Shown in pieces: positions 11,501-20,623 of a stretch of 64,000 bases of DNA. Numbering within the stretch: position 1 is the stretch's first letter; each line of letters begins with the position of its first letter. Where the stretch lies: positions 32,001 through 96,000 of IMG/VR virus record IMGVR_UViG_3300043409_002154, one strand, 5' to 3'. The notes under the pieces were generated by a model that saw nothing but the letters and a program-made list of their open reading frames with translations, had not been told where the DNA came from and did not search any database. A program made the translations under genes and the position numbers. The DNA comes from a virus.

Positions 11501-14500
11501 TTGAATAAGGAATATCTCTCCCATTTATTGAATAATTTTCTTGTTCAGGTTGACCAGAAAAAATATGTTTCATGTATTCATTTGGCGTTGGTCTTGTTAT
11601 TTTTTCAACGTCAAAATACCCAAATTGAGAAGCCGCCCAAAATAATCTAATTGACCCATTATGAATGGAATCATTTTCGGTTACATTTTGTATTAATTCA
11701 TAGTTATTATTAGTTATTTCATCATACGCTTGATTTTTAAAAGAGCCGTGAGAAGGTAAAATGTAAGTATTTGTTTTATCGTTATTATAAATAATAGAGG
11801 TCCATGGTGTTATTGAGAAATCTTCAAATTCAGAAATTATTGCGTCATTTATTAAAAACGTTTTAAGTCCTGGACTTCCATCTATAGACATTTTTGATTG
11901 TATCTCTTCAGAAATTTTTTCAATGTCAAATAAATCTTCACCCGTTAAGAAAAAATTAAAATCGTTAATAAGTTTAGGATAAAACCCCACGTTTATAGAA
12001 GTAAAATTAACGTTACCAAAAGACATATTTTTTTCTAAAACAATGTCATAATTATTATTAACCCCAGTTAAATAATACGTAAGTTCAGGATTATTAGTTA
12101 TTGGGTCATAATTATTGATATAACTAAACCCAGACCAAGATTGGTTTAAAATATCATTACCAGTTTGAACATGTGTCTTATAACGATGCCAAATTGACCC
12201 TATTTTTAATATCCAAGCGTATGGTAATTTATGAACACCCGCAAATTTTTTCAACGACGCAAAAATATAATCTAAATCTTCAATAGAAGATGGTTCAGCC
12301 AAAGTTTGCGGATTTAATGTCTTATATTTTTCTTTTAAAGTAGACAACGGTAAACTATTTAAAAAAAGATAAGCCGCGGAAATAAATGGAGTGTTCCCAG
12401 AATTTTTATAACTATTAATTCCTTCTTGTATGGCGTTAATAAAAAATGGCGTGTTTAAAATTGATGTTGTTTGATTGTTCCCAACAAACCCACTATAATT
12501 AAAATATCTAACATTACCTTCAGTTATAAATTGATTATTAAACTTTCTATCTTTATAAAATTCACTAAAAAAATTATCATTAGAATTTAAAACTTCAGGC
12601 GTTATCGATTGTCCAGTTTCAGTTAAAAAATTAACAATTGGTCTTCTTATTAAACTAGTAGTGTCAGAATCAAAATTAGTAATTGTTTTTAAACTTTTGT
12701 TATATTTTAATGTTGTTTTTGTTTCAAATCCATTTTTTTTTACATTTTTACCATCCGCAAGATAATTTTTAACCCAATTTATATTTATAAACGGTTGTAA
12801 ATCCGTAAAGTCAAAATTATTACCAGTGTCAGATTTAAGAAATTCGTCTATCTCCGTAACATTACTTAAAGAAGGTTTTGGTTGATATGCGGTATTTGAT
12901 AAAACATTAATATTTAATATCGAATATTGAGCATTTTTTAAAATACTCTGTATATACGGAGTTACAAATTCACCCCTTATAAACATTAACCAATTATCCC
13001 CACTTCCTTGATTTGAAGAGTCTCTTAAAATATCTTGGAAATTATCACTTGTTATATTTTTTTCCTTTAAAACATTAACTAAAAATGGGCTATTGTTACC
13101 TAAAGCCGTAATTATATTATTTGACTCAACTTCGGTTACGGAAAATAATAATTTAGAATAATCATTTGTATCAACCGTTCTAGATAACCTTGAATAATTT
13201 GCCGTTAAAAATATTCTTTCATATAATTCATATAAAAATCTAACAACTTCTTTATTTGAAAAGACTTGATTATTAATTGGGAATTCGATAATATTAAAAC
13301 TAAGTCTTTCAATGTCAAAATCCGAATTTAATGTTGGCGGTAAACCTTGTGATATTTCTTCAGTTTGAACTAACGCGTTAACAAATTCTTCAACAAACTC
13401 AACTTCAGGCCAAATATTATAATTATCCCCTTTAGTCTGACCAATTAATTCTGGGTCCCCAGGATATTTATGATAATATCCATTTTCTTCTCCCACAGCT
13501 GGAACCATAAATGATGGCCAAGGATAAACCGGAGTGTCTTTACCTTCAAGAGCATCTGGATTTGCGTTTTTTGTTAGAGGATTTAAAACACAGTTAACTC
13601 TATCATTATCTCTACTTAAACTCCAAGCTTTAGTATGAACTTCATCTAGAAGTCTTAAAAAAGCTTCCCCATTTGCAAAAAACACAGACAATATATTTCT
13701 TAACGTCGGAGCAAATTTTATTCCAGTATCTCCACCACCCTTAACAAATTTTCCAAGTGCAGCAGTTATTTCTTCTTCAATTTTATTTTTTTTATCTACA
13801 AGTTCTTTTTTTATGTTATTAATAATTGGAGTAAAAGTGTTTGGTATTAGATTACCATCATCAAAAATAAAAAACATTTGTCTTATTTCGTTTTTTATAT
13901 TTCCTTGGTCGTCTTTAACTTGTTCAATTTGTCTAGCTCTTAGTTTTAAAATTTCACTTTCATACGCCTTTTTTTGTACTTCATTTGGTCCAGAATTACT
14001 ACCTGTCCTTTGTCTATAAGTTTTTTCAATATCAATATTACCAGGATTAGTAAAATTATAAACAAATTTTTCATATGTTATATTTTTAACATTTGAAATT
14101 TCCGAACTTTCTGGTTTTGACTTATTACCTTTACTATCATTAATAACATATGTGCCACCAGTACCAAAAGTTTTATTACTTAATAATTTATCATTAAACT
14201 CAACTATTATTTTTTTTAATTTTTCTTTTGCTTGATATTCATTTCCTTTTTCTAAAAAAGAATCTTTTAACTGATAAAAAATGGCACCATTTGTTAAAAC
14301 AAAAAACCTCTTCATATCTAAATGTTGTTTAGCCCATGAACCTTCAATAGATGCGTCACCAATAAAAATTTTTCTATTATACTCATTAACTGTATCGTTG
14401 TAAGTTCTAATATCTGATAAGGGCCCTAAATTTTGTTTACTATAAGATTCTATAACATTTTTTGCAAAAGTGTCTAAATACGCTTTAAGTTCCATTAAAC

Positions 14501-15404
14501 TATATTCAGGTAAATTATTATCAATTAATCCTTTTATTTTATATTCACCATAAACCTCACTTAATTTTTGTTTTCCTAAAGTAGTTGTTCCATTTGTAAC
14601 GTTTTTACTCCCATCATTTGAATTTGAACTAGATGTAGTAGTAATTGTTGTTTTAAACATATGAGGTAAAGCTAAAAGATTCCCCATGGTTATTTCATTC
14701 AATATTGAGTATTTGTACGTTAAAAAATTTAAATCAATTATAAAATTCCCAGTTTCGTGAGAATACCTTGATGTAAATTTTTGTAACATTATTTCATATC
14801 TAACCGCTTTTCCATAATAACCCTTTAAAGTTAAAAAAAATTTTGGGTATGGTAAATTAAAAAAAGCTGCGTATGGTGAATTATCTCCAAGTTCAAATAA
14901 CGCTCTTCCTTTTATATCTTCTAAACCAATTGAAATTGTTGGTAGAAAAGATGCGTTTTGTTTAATTATAATGCTTTTTATTCCCAACAATCCATTATTA
15001 ACAGAACCTGGTTTGCCTCCCGAATTAATTGATTTTGAAATATAATAATCTTCAGGTAAAGTACTTTTTTTTGTATAATCAACTTGATTTTGACCTTTAC
15101 CCTCAATAGAATCTTTACCAGTTATTTCATCTGTCCAACTATTATCTAAAAAAGTTTTATCTTGTTGTTTTAAAAAATTAATTGTTGCTAATGAAACTAT
15201 ATTTGCACTATCATACGACTCCCCTAAAACTAATTTACTTCTAGGTATCATTTTACACTCAAGATTAGCATACATAACAAGATTTTCTTGTTTCACAAAT
15301 CTTTCGCTTACTATTCCATTTTCATTTATAACCCTATTAGGGTCAACAACAACAATGTTATTATAATCAAATTCTACAAAAATGTTTTCTGAATTATCTT
15401 CCAT
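8538..15404 (-). CDS. Very large baseplate hub-like virion protein (2288 aa)
   Basis: Located in the tail module; C-terminal CTVNMLGNAMIQP...SGPYMITSVNHTISPGKFDTSFEGVR resembles the last barrel of gp27/gpD/VgrG-type hubs. Confidence 0.65.
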   Translation of the reverse strand: MEDNSENIFVEFDYNNIVVVDPNRVINENGIVSERFVKQENLVMYANLECKMIPRSKLVLGESYDSANIVSLATINFLKQQDKTFLDNSWTDEITGKDSIEGKGQNQVDYTKKSTLPEDYYISKSINSGGKPGSVNNGLLGIKSIIIKQNASFLPTISIGLEDIKGRALFELGDNSPYAAFFNLPYPKFFLTLKGYYGKAVRYEIMLQKFTSRYSHETGNFIIDLNFLTYKYSILNEITMGNLLALPHMFKTTITTTSSSNSNDGSKNVTNGTTTLGKQKLSEVYGEYKIKGLIDNNLPEYSLMELKAYLDTFAKNVIESYSKQNLGPLSDIRTYNDTVNEYNRKIFIGDASIEGSWAKQHLDMKRFFVLTNGAIFYQLKDSFLEKGNEYQAKEKLKKIIVEFNDKLLSNKTFGTGGTYVINDSKGNKSKPESSEISNVKNITYEKFVYNFTNPGNIDIEKTYRQRTGSNSGPNEVQKKAYESEILKLRARQIEQVKDDQGNIKNEIRQMFFIFDDGNLIPNTFTPIINNIKKELVDKKNKIEEEITAALGKFVKGGGDTGIKFAPTLRNILSVFFANGEAFLRLLDEVHTKAWSLSRDNDRVNCVLNPLTKNANPDALEGKDTPVYPWPSFMVPAVGEENGYYHKYPGDPELIGQTKGDNYNIWPEVEFVEEFVNALVQTEEISQGLPPTLNSDFDIERLSFNIIEFPINNQVFSNKEVVRFLYELYERIFLTANYSRLSRTVDTNDYSKLLFSVTEVESNNIITALGNNSPFLVNVLKEKNITSDNFQDILRDSSNQGSGDNWLMFIRGEFVTPYIQSILKNAQYSILNINVLSNTAYQPKPSLSNVTEIDEFLKSDTGNNFDFTDLQPFININWVKNYLADGKNVKKNGFETKTTLKYNKSLKTITNFDSDTTSLIRRPIVNFLTETGQSITPEVLNSNDNFFSEFYKDRKFNNQFITEGNVRYFNYSGFVGNNQTTSILNTPFFINAIQEGINSYKNSGNTPFISAAYLFLNSLPLSTLKEKYKTLNPQTLAEPSSIEDLDYIFASLKKFAGVHKLPYAWILKIGSIWHRYKTHVQTGNDILNQSWSGFSYINNYDPITNNPELTYYLTGVNNNYDIVLEKNMSFGNVNFTSINVGFYPKLINDFNFFLTGEDLFDIEKISEEIQSKMSIDGSPGLKTFLINDAIISEFEDFSITPWTSIIYNNDKTNTYILPSHGSFKNQAYDEITNNNYELIQNVTENDSIHNGSIRLFWAASQFGYFDVEKITRPTPNEYMKHIFSGQPEQENYSINGRDIPYSSIEEMFSVFDKNMLDGFEKEFLNFCVSETNIDSKLISDETNLKNINFQVLIKSILTVPYDETFYSGMTNEGLLEKIQTSQIKNTNIVLNDFLNNDILFVNGNPSFFDKKLFYSFSNKFIIEPITWELYTTTTPNALPIKGNSVPSLEVSKSNYSQAWKDLELYVGFSNNENLTYSNNGSYITDFFIDFNVAFTSVNIKKLATIIKLYSSQKLLQSLTPKTPTVPISAIEKNLIAYAEIKQAPTVTPTPSNGAPSVTPTPSITPTPSIGVPSATPTLSNIIGEEILNLYKTNNFNIVPILRDVSGKTIYISPNKTLINNFGGNLTDDEIIRGIVDEVIIEYYGPKFSDPRAALQKYLVVNYVKLPNPSYPNIPTTKQSESNYAFKQSMDEYLDKSITFHDGIVNNIFSILNKKLDTVKIEPLITRNSTIQGTQNKYELYDSFKAINDKWISGNDFKNKTLFEDVLLLDRASKNLGQEVIIDIFKVKDVYLSKINPKVDLLTTVRSIIMDSNFVIMNLPSYVNFYNVQDVIKNPIPKAEGTLEFGNTLFGTFTNVDYRESSSKMVCFYGGKASEFLKTDNNSSSRYKDDSFDMRRASDNPLSENQQNKVDWALSNKVVAFNVEFGPQNQSIFNGFTVGQDSRLETAETYKMLFDTRNQGSGRGTSSQSSGLYDLYKTRSYKCTVNMLGNAMIQPTMYFNLRHVPMFSGPYMITSVNHTISPGKFDTSFEGVRQPIASLPLPTDYLATLKQSLITKSEQLIKQQASSGKLSSGNIINNSSYVISKATKGVEIAEVIDCNESLYKRYEKYYQLDSVDKVITTYNFKEIKTIIISTVSITALSTRDKKILEQIIFCSFYLTSGNKTGFSAVNNNFASIDLTTDWAETSNFFNKNSYVCLKNNVNIVKPFALFDSLKNSISFLINRWSIRLNQLSLNEKLQLKSEEALKFWVINIESDSNVGQENYNNISIEEKKIMEQRISQGINIFSVTKT
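10670..10782 (-). repeat. Pro/Thr/Ser-rich TPTPS repeats within the 2288-aa protein
   Basis: APTVTPTPSNGAPSVTPTPSITPTPSIGVPSATPT; repeated gaaggygttgg units in the DNA. Confidence 0.9.
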
Positions 15405-15720
15405 AATAGAAAAAACGGTTTTCTAATGCCGCTTTATAGTCTTGTAATGAACTTACTAAAGGATATGGAATAGTCAAGATAGAATTATCAGGTATCGCCC
15501 ACTCTTGACTACCAAATTGTGGGTTCGCCATCATAATTAACCACCCAAAATATGGTGTTCCATAATAAAGTTGAGACACTTTATCCATTCTAGATTGACC
15601 AGACTTATAAATGTAACGTTTATCTGTTGACTTACTTTGTATTAAAACAAATGGTAATACCGTTTGTTCCCCATTAATTATAAAATCAGAATATCTATTA
15701 TAATATTGTCGTGATGCCAT
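15394..15720 (-). CDS. LysM-like baseplate wedge protein (T4 gp53/P2 gpX-like)
   Basis: RMDKVSQLYYGTPYFGWLIMMANP...LTIP pattern; located between baseplate genes. Confidence 0.8.
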   Translation of the reverse strand: MASRQYYNRYSDFIINGEQTVLPFVLIQSKSTDKRYIYKSGQSRMDKVSQLYYGTPYFGWLIMMANPQFGSQEWAIPDNSILTIPYPLVSSLQDYKAALENRFFYYGR

Positions 15721-15722
15721 TT

Positions 15723-18700
15723 TTAGTTAAATTTAATTTTACCGTCAAAAGTAGTTGTATCCGGGTTAGGGTTTTGTGTTGCGTATAAATCTTTTATTTT
15801 CGTCTTTTGCTCATTGTCAGTACCAATTGGAACAGTCGTATATGTAAATTTTCTTGTTTTGCCTTTTACATATATATTTTCAATAATTTTATCAATAAAT
15901 TCTTTTTTAACCGTTTCTTTACGTTTTCCGTATTCTTTAGTTTCATAGTCAAATCTATCAATATAAATTTTTGATACTTCATTTAACGAACTGTCAAAAG
16001 CTGCAATTTCTTTTTTATATTTTTTTACATCATTTAACATTATACCTAAAACATTTGTTCTAAATTCATTTTTTTTGTTTTTAAAAGTCTGAACAATAAC
16101 ACTATAAAAATCAGGCGGATTGCCCTTTCTAATTATTTTTAAATAATCGGACTCTATTGCTAACCCATTCACCTCATAAAATTTTAAAACGTTTTTACCA
16201 AACTTATCAAAATCATCAGTTAACTCTTTTATCGTATCAGCTTGTGTTGCTGGTTTAGTCGTTTCGTCTGTACCCTCTAAATTGTAAACCCGTATATTCC
16301 CACCACCAATAATAATCCCATCCGTTTTTTCAGATATTAAATTTATTTTTCTTATGTCTTGAACTAAAGACTCTTGTTGTGTAGATAAATTTTGAATAAT
16401 TTGTTGGATTGAATTACTAAAATTATTTTGTACTTTATCTTTTATATAGGTTTTCATATTATCCTCAATTATTTTTAAACTAGTCGGCGGAATTGATGGC
16501 ATTTTTGCTAAAATTCCAATTCTTATTGGATTTGACTTATCTATCTCATCATAAACGTTTGTAAAAAGACTATCTATTTTTGTTTTAATATCCGGTTTGC
16601 CAAAAATTTTAGTTTTTGCTCCACCTGTTAAAACAGTTCCACTAATAAAAAGTCTATCTCCTTTAAATAATTGCAAAATATCAAGATTATAAGTTTTAAC
16701 AATTATCTCTAACTGATTTAATACGTTTGTATAATATGTTTTAGTATCATCAAGTAATAAGTCCATTATGTTTTTATATGAAATATCCCCATTTGAACCT
16801 ACCGAATTTGATTTTGTTGTTAATATTTGCCCAATTGTAGTACCTCCATTATTATTGATTTGGGAAGACAGATTATTAACATCAGTTTTTGTTTCTCCTT
16901 TAACTATTGATTTAAAAAACTCCATATCCATAACTGAAGTGTCTTCAGTTGGTACTGCTCTTTCATCGTAAATTTCAGTGTTTGCGTAATAATTAAAAGA
17001 CAACGCATTTTGAAGTTGTTCTATTGGTTTTTGTAATCCAGACCCTCCAATAAAATTAAACCCCATTGTTATTTTAGCAACCATTGGTTGGACTCCAATT
17101 CCTTCCGGATTTAAATCAAATAAAAGTGGGTCATATGTAATTCCCAATGAAGTTGGTACTATTTTGGTGTTATAAAAATCACCAATTCTAAGAACTAAAA
17201 TTGGTGGAGTTCCAAAAGAAGTGTTTAATGCGTCATTAAATTTTGGCTTACCATCAGGACCAATTACCGGAATTGTGTCACCAGGTCTTACACATTGTTG
17301 TAAAAAAGTTAATCTTGAGTTTAACCCTTCAGGAGTCATTGAATGAAACGCGGGGTTAAAATGTTTAATCTTTTCTTTTATCGAGGCGTAAACCATTGGA
17401 GAATCTTCTTTAATCATTTGAAAATAACTAGCCTCGTTTAACAACCCTCTTATTATTTTTTTTGCTATCCCCTCTTTAAGTTTTGAAGTTATACCAATAA
17501 CTTTTGATGGGATTATTGTTTTTTTAATCCCATTTTTTAAATTTTCAACAATACTGTCCGTTTTTTTTGTTTCGGATTTATCTTTCACACTTATTTCGGA
17601 AATTACAACTCTACGACAAGCCATAGCACTAACCGAATAAATTTTAGCTTCATTAGGCGTTTGTAAGTCGGTACAATTAATGTCCGTACCATAGTCACCT
17701 CCCCCACCTTTTGGGGTTACATTTTTTTCAGATTCTCCATTGGAATTAAAAATTATTTCTAAAGAGGTGTCCGCTATAGATTCTTCAAACGTTTTAGACG
17801 ATGATATAAAATACTGTTTTATAGTTTCAACTCTTTTTTTGGACAACTCTAGATTGTACGCATTATCACCAAGAGCCGATGCTGAACCAACAAAAGTAAT
17901 TTTTACTTTTCCCTTTTTATCTGATTTTAAATAATTTTCAAGGTCAGACATAAGATTTTTTTCGTTACCGATTGTCTTATCAATTTGTCTAAAATTATTA
18001 ATAATTATGTTCTCAAAAAACGATTTTGTATTTTGATTAAAACCTATAAAATTTTTAGAAAACGTTTCATATGTTCCACTTTGTCCCGTATACTTATTAA
18101 ATAAATCAAGATAATTTCCATCGCTAGCCTTATTATCAAAATAAAAACCAAGGGACGTGTAATCATTAAATGAATCGTTTGTTTTCGGTTCGGTTGTTGT
18201 AATTTCTGTTTTTGTTTCTTTAACAATCTCAGTAATTTGCTCAGTTTTTACTCCAGGTTTACTTAATATTTCTTGATAAGTAACCAAATCTTTTGATTCT
18301 ACTTGAGGGAATCTTTTCGCTAATTCAATAATATCAAATTTAGCACATCCCGCAAAAAAAGATTCTACAATTGAATTTATTCTTTCACTATCAGCGTTTT
18401 GAAGTTGTTTTTTAACTATAAGATTTAAAATTGATGGGTGGTCAACAATTATTTTCCAAGATAAAGTTCCAGTTCTTGTTGTTTCTTTATATGTATATAT
18501 TGGCTCTGGTCTTCCAAGAAAACTTGTTGGTGTAAAACTTGGATTACTGTTTTCGCTAAAACTAATATCATAAGGAGGAAACCACATAACTCTACCCCCA
18601 TTTTGCCCCTTTTCTTCGGCAGGTAATTGGTCATAAGTAAATCCATCTCTACTAGATGTTCTCCAAGCTAAATTTTCAATTGAAAACATGTATTTTTTAA

Positions 18701-20588
18701 CCGATTTTTGTCCTTTACTATTAACAACAATATTTGTAGAATCCTCTCCATTCATTGGAGCAATATTTAAATTATATGTGTTATCTAAAACCGAATTTGT
18801 AAAACGTCTGTTTTTTGTTGTTATACCATCTGTTTTTTGTAAATCACCATATGTAAAATAAGGAGTATCTTTAGCAAATACTCTACCATATTCAAAACCT
18901 TTTTCAAGACCGGTTGTATTATCTTTATATTTTAAAATTTTAGAACCTTTGGTTATTTCTTTATACCCATCATTAAAAACTTTACTTACTTGATTAATCG
19001 CATTACCAACATGTTTTAACCTAGTAATGCCGTTAACATTATCCGCAGAATCAATAAGTCTTTGAGTGTTATCTAAAATTGAACTTGATTTAAATGTTAC
19101 GTTTACTGATTCACTTTTTAAATAATCACTTGATATTTGATTAAATTCTTTATCTAAAGAACCGGCCCCTCCACCAATTGTTGGTTTAAAACCAGCGTTA
19201 TTTTTATATCTTGGTGAAACCCAAACAAATTGTCCCCCAATACCACCACCATCAGTCGTTGATTTACCTGCCAGACCAAAATTAAGTCTACCAATATTAC
19301 CTTCATATAAATTACTTAACTCTGTTGGACCATAAACTGGCGACGCAACTTGATTCCCAAAAATGTTTGTAGGTATTTGATTTCCTGGTGATGTAACTAA
19401 ACTAGGTTCAGCGTTTGCACTACCAACATAGTAACCTCCAGTTGGGTCACCAAGAAACTTTAAGGCGGTATTAATAACATTTAGAGTTGACCCAACAACA
19501 CCACCTACGGTTCTATCTAACGATGGTTTATATCGATTTAAATCAATATTGGAAAATAAACTTGATTTTTGACCATCCCCAGTATTTGCTATAAAAATTT
19601 GTGAAGGGTTTCTAATTGTATTTAACGCTCCGGATATCAACCCACCAGTTAATTGATTTAAAGAATTTAATATTAAAGAACCTTGTATTGCTGACGCTCC
19701 AAGAACTAAATTAGGTGTAAAATAATCCCCAGGGATTGGTGATGTTGGATAAAACTCCCCGTTTAATCTTGTTTTTAAATTTGTTTGAGAGGTAGTTTGA
19801 TTTTCTGGGACTGTAATTGACCAATTTTTATAAATTAATGGTTGCTTACCGGTGGCTAATAAACTTGCTTGATTGGGGTCTTTTAATAATTGTAACGTAT
19901 TATTACCAATATTGTTACGCAATAATTCAGCATCAGACCTAACTTTAAATAAATCTTGTAAATATTGCCCACCTAATTTAGCAATAAATGAATCGCTAGA
20001 TAATGTTCCATCACTACCATTTGGATTTTTATTGTTAAATATTTCAGATGAAGTGTATGTTGAAGGAACAAAACTTGGAGGTCCCCAATAATTCTCATAA
20101 AGTTTATTATTGTTTTGAATGTCTGTTATCGTTACCATATTTTGATAACCACCCGTTGGACCATAAACATTTTCATTATATGATAAATCAATAAAGAACT
20201 CATTTAATAAGTCCATTTTTGTGTCTTTTGGACTATACTCTCCCTGATTTGAATTAACAGGTAATGGGGCTCCATTATATGTAATATCAATATTATAACC
20301 CCCCTCAGGGCCATATTGATTTAAAGGATATAATTTTTTTGCAAACGGGTCTTCCGAAATATAAGAATCCGGAGAATCAATAACTGGCGAATCAGTAAGA
20401 ATTGTTTCGTAATTTAAATTTCCAACTGACGGTGAAAAAACTCCAACAACTTTATAAGCAGCAAGGTTTTTTCCTACTAATAAATTTCTAAATGTTTTTG
20501 TTGACGCGAAAGATAAAAAACTATTACCCGGAGAACCAATTGAGTTCTGACCGTTTGTTACGCTATTTGGTGTGCCTTCAACCGCCAT
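15723..20588 (-). CDS. Large baseplate/tube-initiator protein with an inserted OmpA-like domain
   Basis: WFPPYDISFSE...FLGRPEPIYTY...RTGTLSWKIIVD and PPILVLRIGDFY (tube-initiator fold); FYFD...GSASALG..AYNLELSKKR...RRVVI (OmpA C-like). Confidence 0.65.
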   Translation of the reverse strand: MAVEGTPNSVTNGQNSIGSPGNSFLSFASTKTFRNLLVGKNLAAYKVVGVFSPSVGNLNYETILTDSPVIDSPDSYISEDPFAKKLYPLNQYGPEGGYNIDITYNGAPLPVNSNQGEYSPKDTKMDLLNEFFIDLSYNENVYGPTGGYQNMVTITDIQNNNKLYENYWGPPSFVPSTYTSSEIFNNKNPNGSDGTLSSDSFIAKLGGQYLQDLFKVRSDAELLRNNIGNNTLQLLKDPNQASLLATGKQPLIYKNWSITVPENQTTSQTNLKTRLNGEFYPTSPIPGDYFTPNLVLGASAIQGSLILNSLNQLTGGLISGALNTIRNPSQIFIANTGDGQKSSLFSNIDLNRYKPSLDRTVGGVVGSTLNVINTALKFLGDPTGGYYVGSANAEPSLVTSPGNQIPTNIFGNQVASPVYGPTELSNLYEGNIGRLNFGLAGKSTTDGGGIGGQFVWVSPRYKNNAGFKPTIGGGAGSLDKEFNQISSDYLKSESVNVTFKSSSILDNTQRLIDSADNVNGITRLKHVGNAINQVSKVFNDGYKEITKGSKILKYKDNTTGLEKGFEYGRVFAKDTPYFTYGDLQKTDGITTKNRRFTNSVLDNTYNLNIAPMNGEDSTNIVVNSKGQKSVKKYMFSIENLAWRTSSRDGFTYDQLPAEEKGQNGGRVMWFPPYDISFSENSNPSFTPTSFLGRPEPIYTYKETTRTGTLSWKIIVDHPSILNLIVKKQLQNADSERINSIVESFFAGCAKFDIIELAKRFPQVESKDLVTYQEILSKPGVKTEQITEIVKETKTEITTTEPKTNDSFNDYTSLGFYFDNKASDGNYLDLFNKYTGQSGTYETFSKNFIGFNQNTKSFFENIIINNFRQIDKTIGNEKNLMSDLENYLKSDKKGKVKITFVGSASALGDNAYNLELSKKRVETIKQYFISSSKTFEESIADTSLEIIFNSNGESEKNVTPKGGGGDYGTDINCTDLQTPNEAKIYSVSAMACRRVVISEISVKDKSETKKTDSIVENLKNGIKKTIIPSKVIGITSKLKEGIAKKIIRGLLNEASYFQMIKEDSPMVYASIKEKIKHFNPAFHSMTPEGLNSRLTFLQQCVRPGDTIPVIGPDGKPKFNDALNTSFGTPPILVLRIGDFYNTKIVPTSLGITYDPLLFDLNPEGIGVQPMVAKITMGFNFIGGSGLQKPIEQLQNALSFNYYANTEIYDERAVPTEDTSVMDMEFFKSIVKGETKTDVNNLSSQINNNGGTTIGQILTTKSNSVGSNGDISYKNIMDLLLDDTKTYYTNVLNQLEIIVKTYNLDILQLFKGDRLFISGTVLTGGAKTKIFGKPDIKTKIDSLFTNVYDEIDKSNPIRIGILAKMPSIPPTSLKIIEDNMKTYIKDKVQNNFSNSIQQIIQNLSTQQESLVQDIRKINLISEKTDGIIIGGGNIRVYNLEGTDETTKPATQADTIKELTDDFDKFGKNVLKFYEVNGLAIESDYLKIIRKGNPPDFYSVIVQTFKNKKNEFRTNVLGIMLNDVKKYKKEIAAFDSSLNEVSKIYIDRFDYETKEYGKRKETVKKEFIDKIIENIYVKGKTRKFTYTTVPIGTDNEQKTKIKDLYATQNPNPDTTTFDGKIKFN

Positions 20589-20623
20589 GTTTTTTTAATA
20601 ATAAATAGGTTGAATTTAATTTT

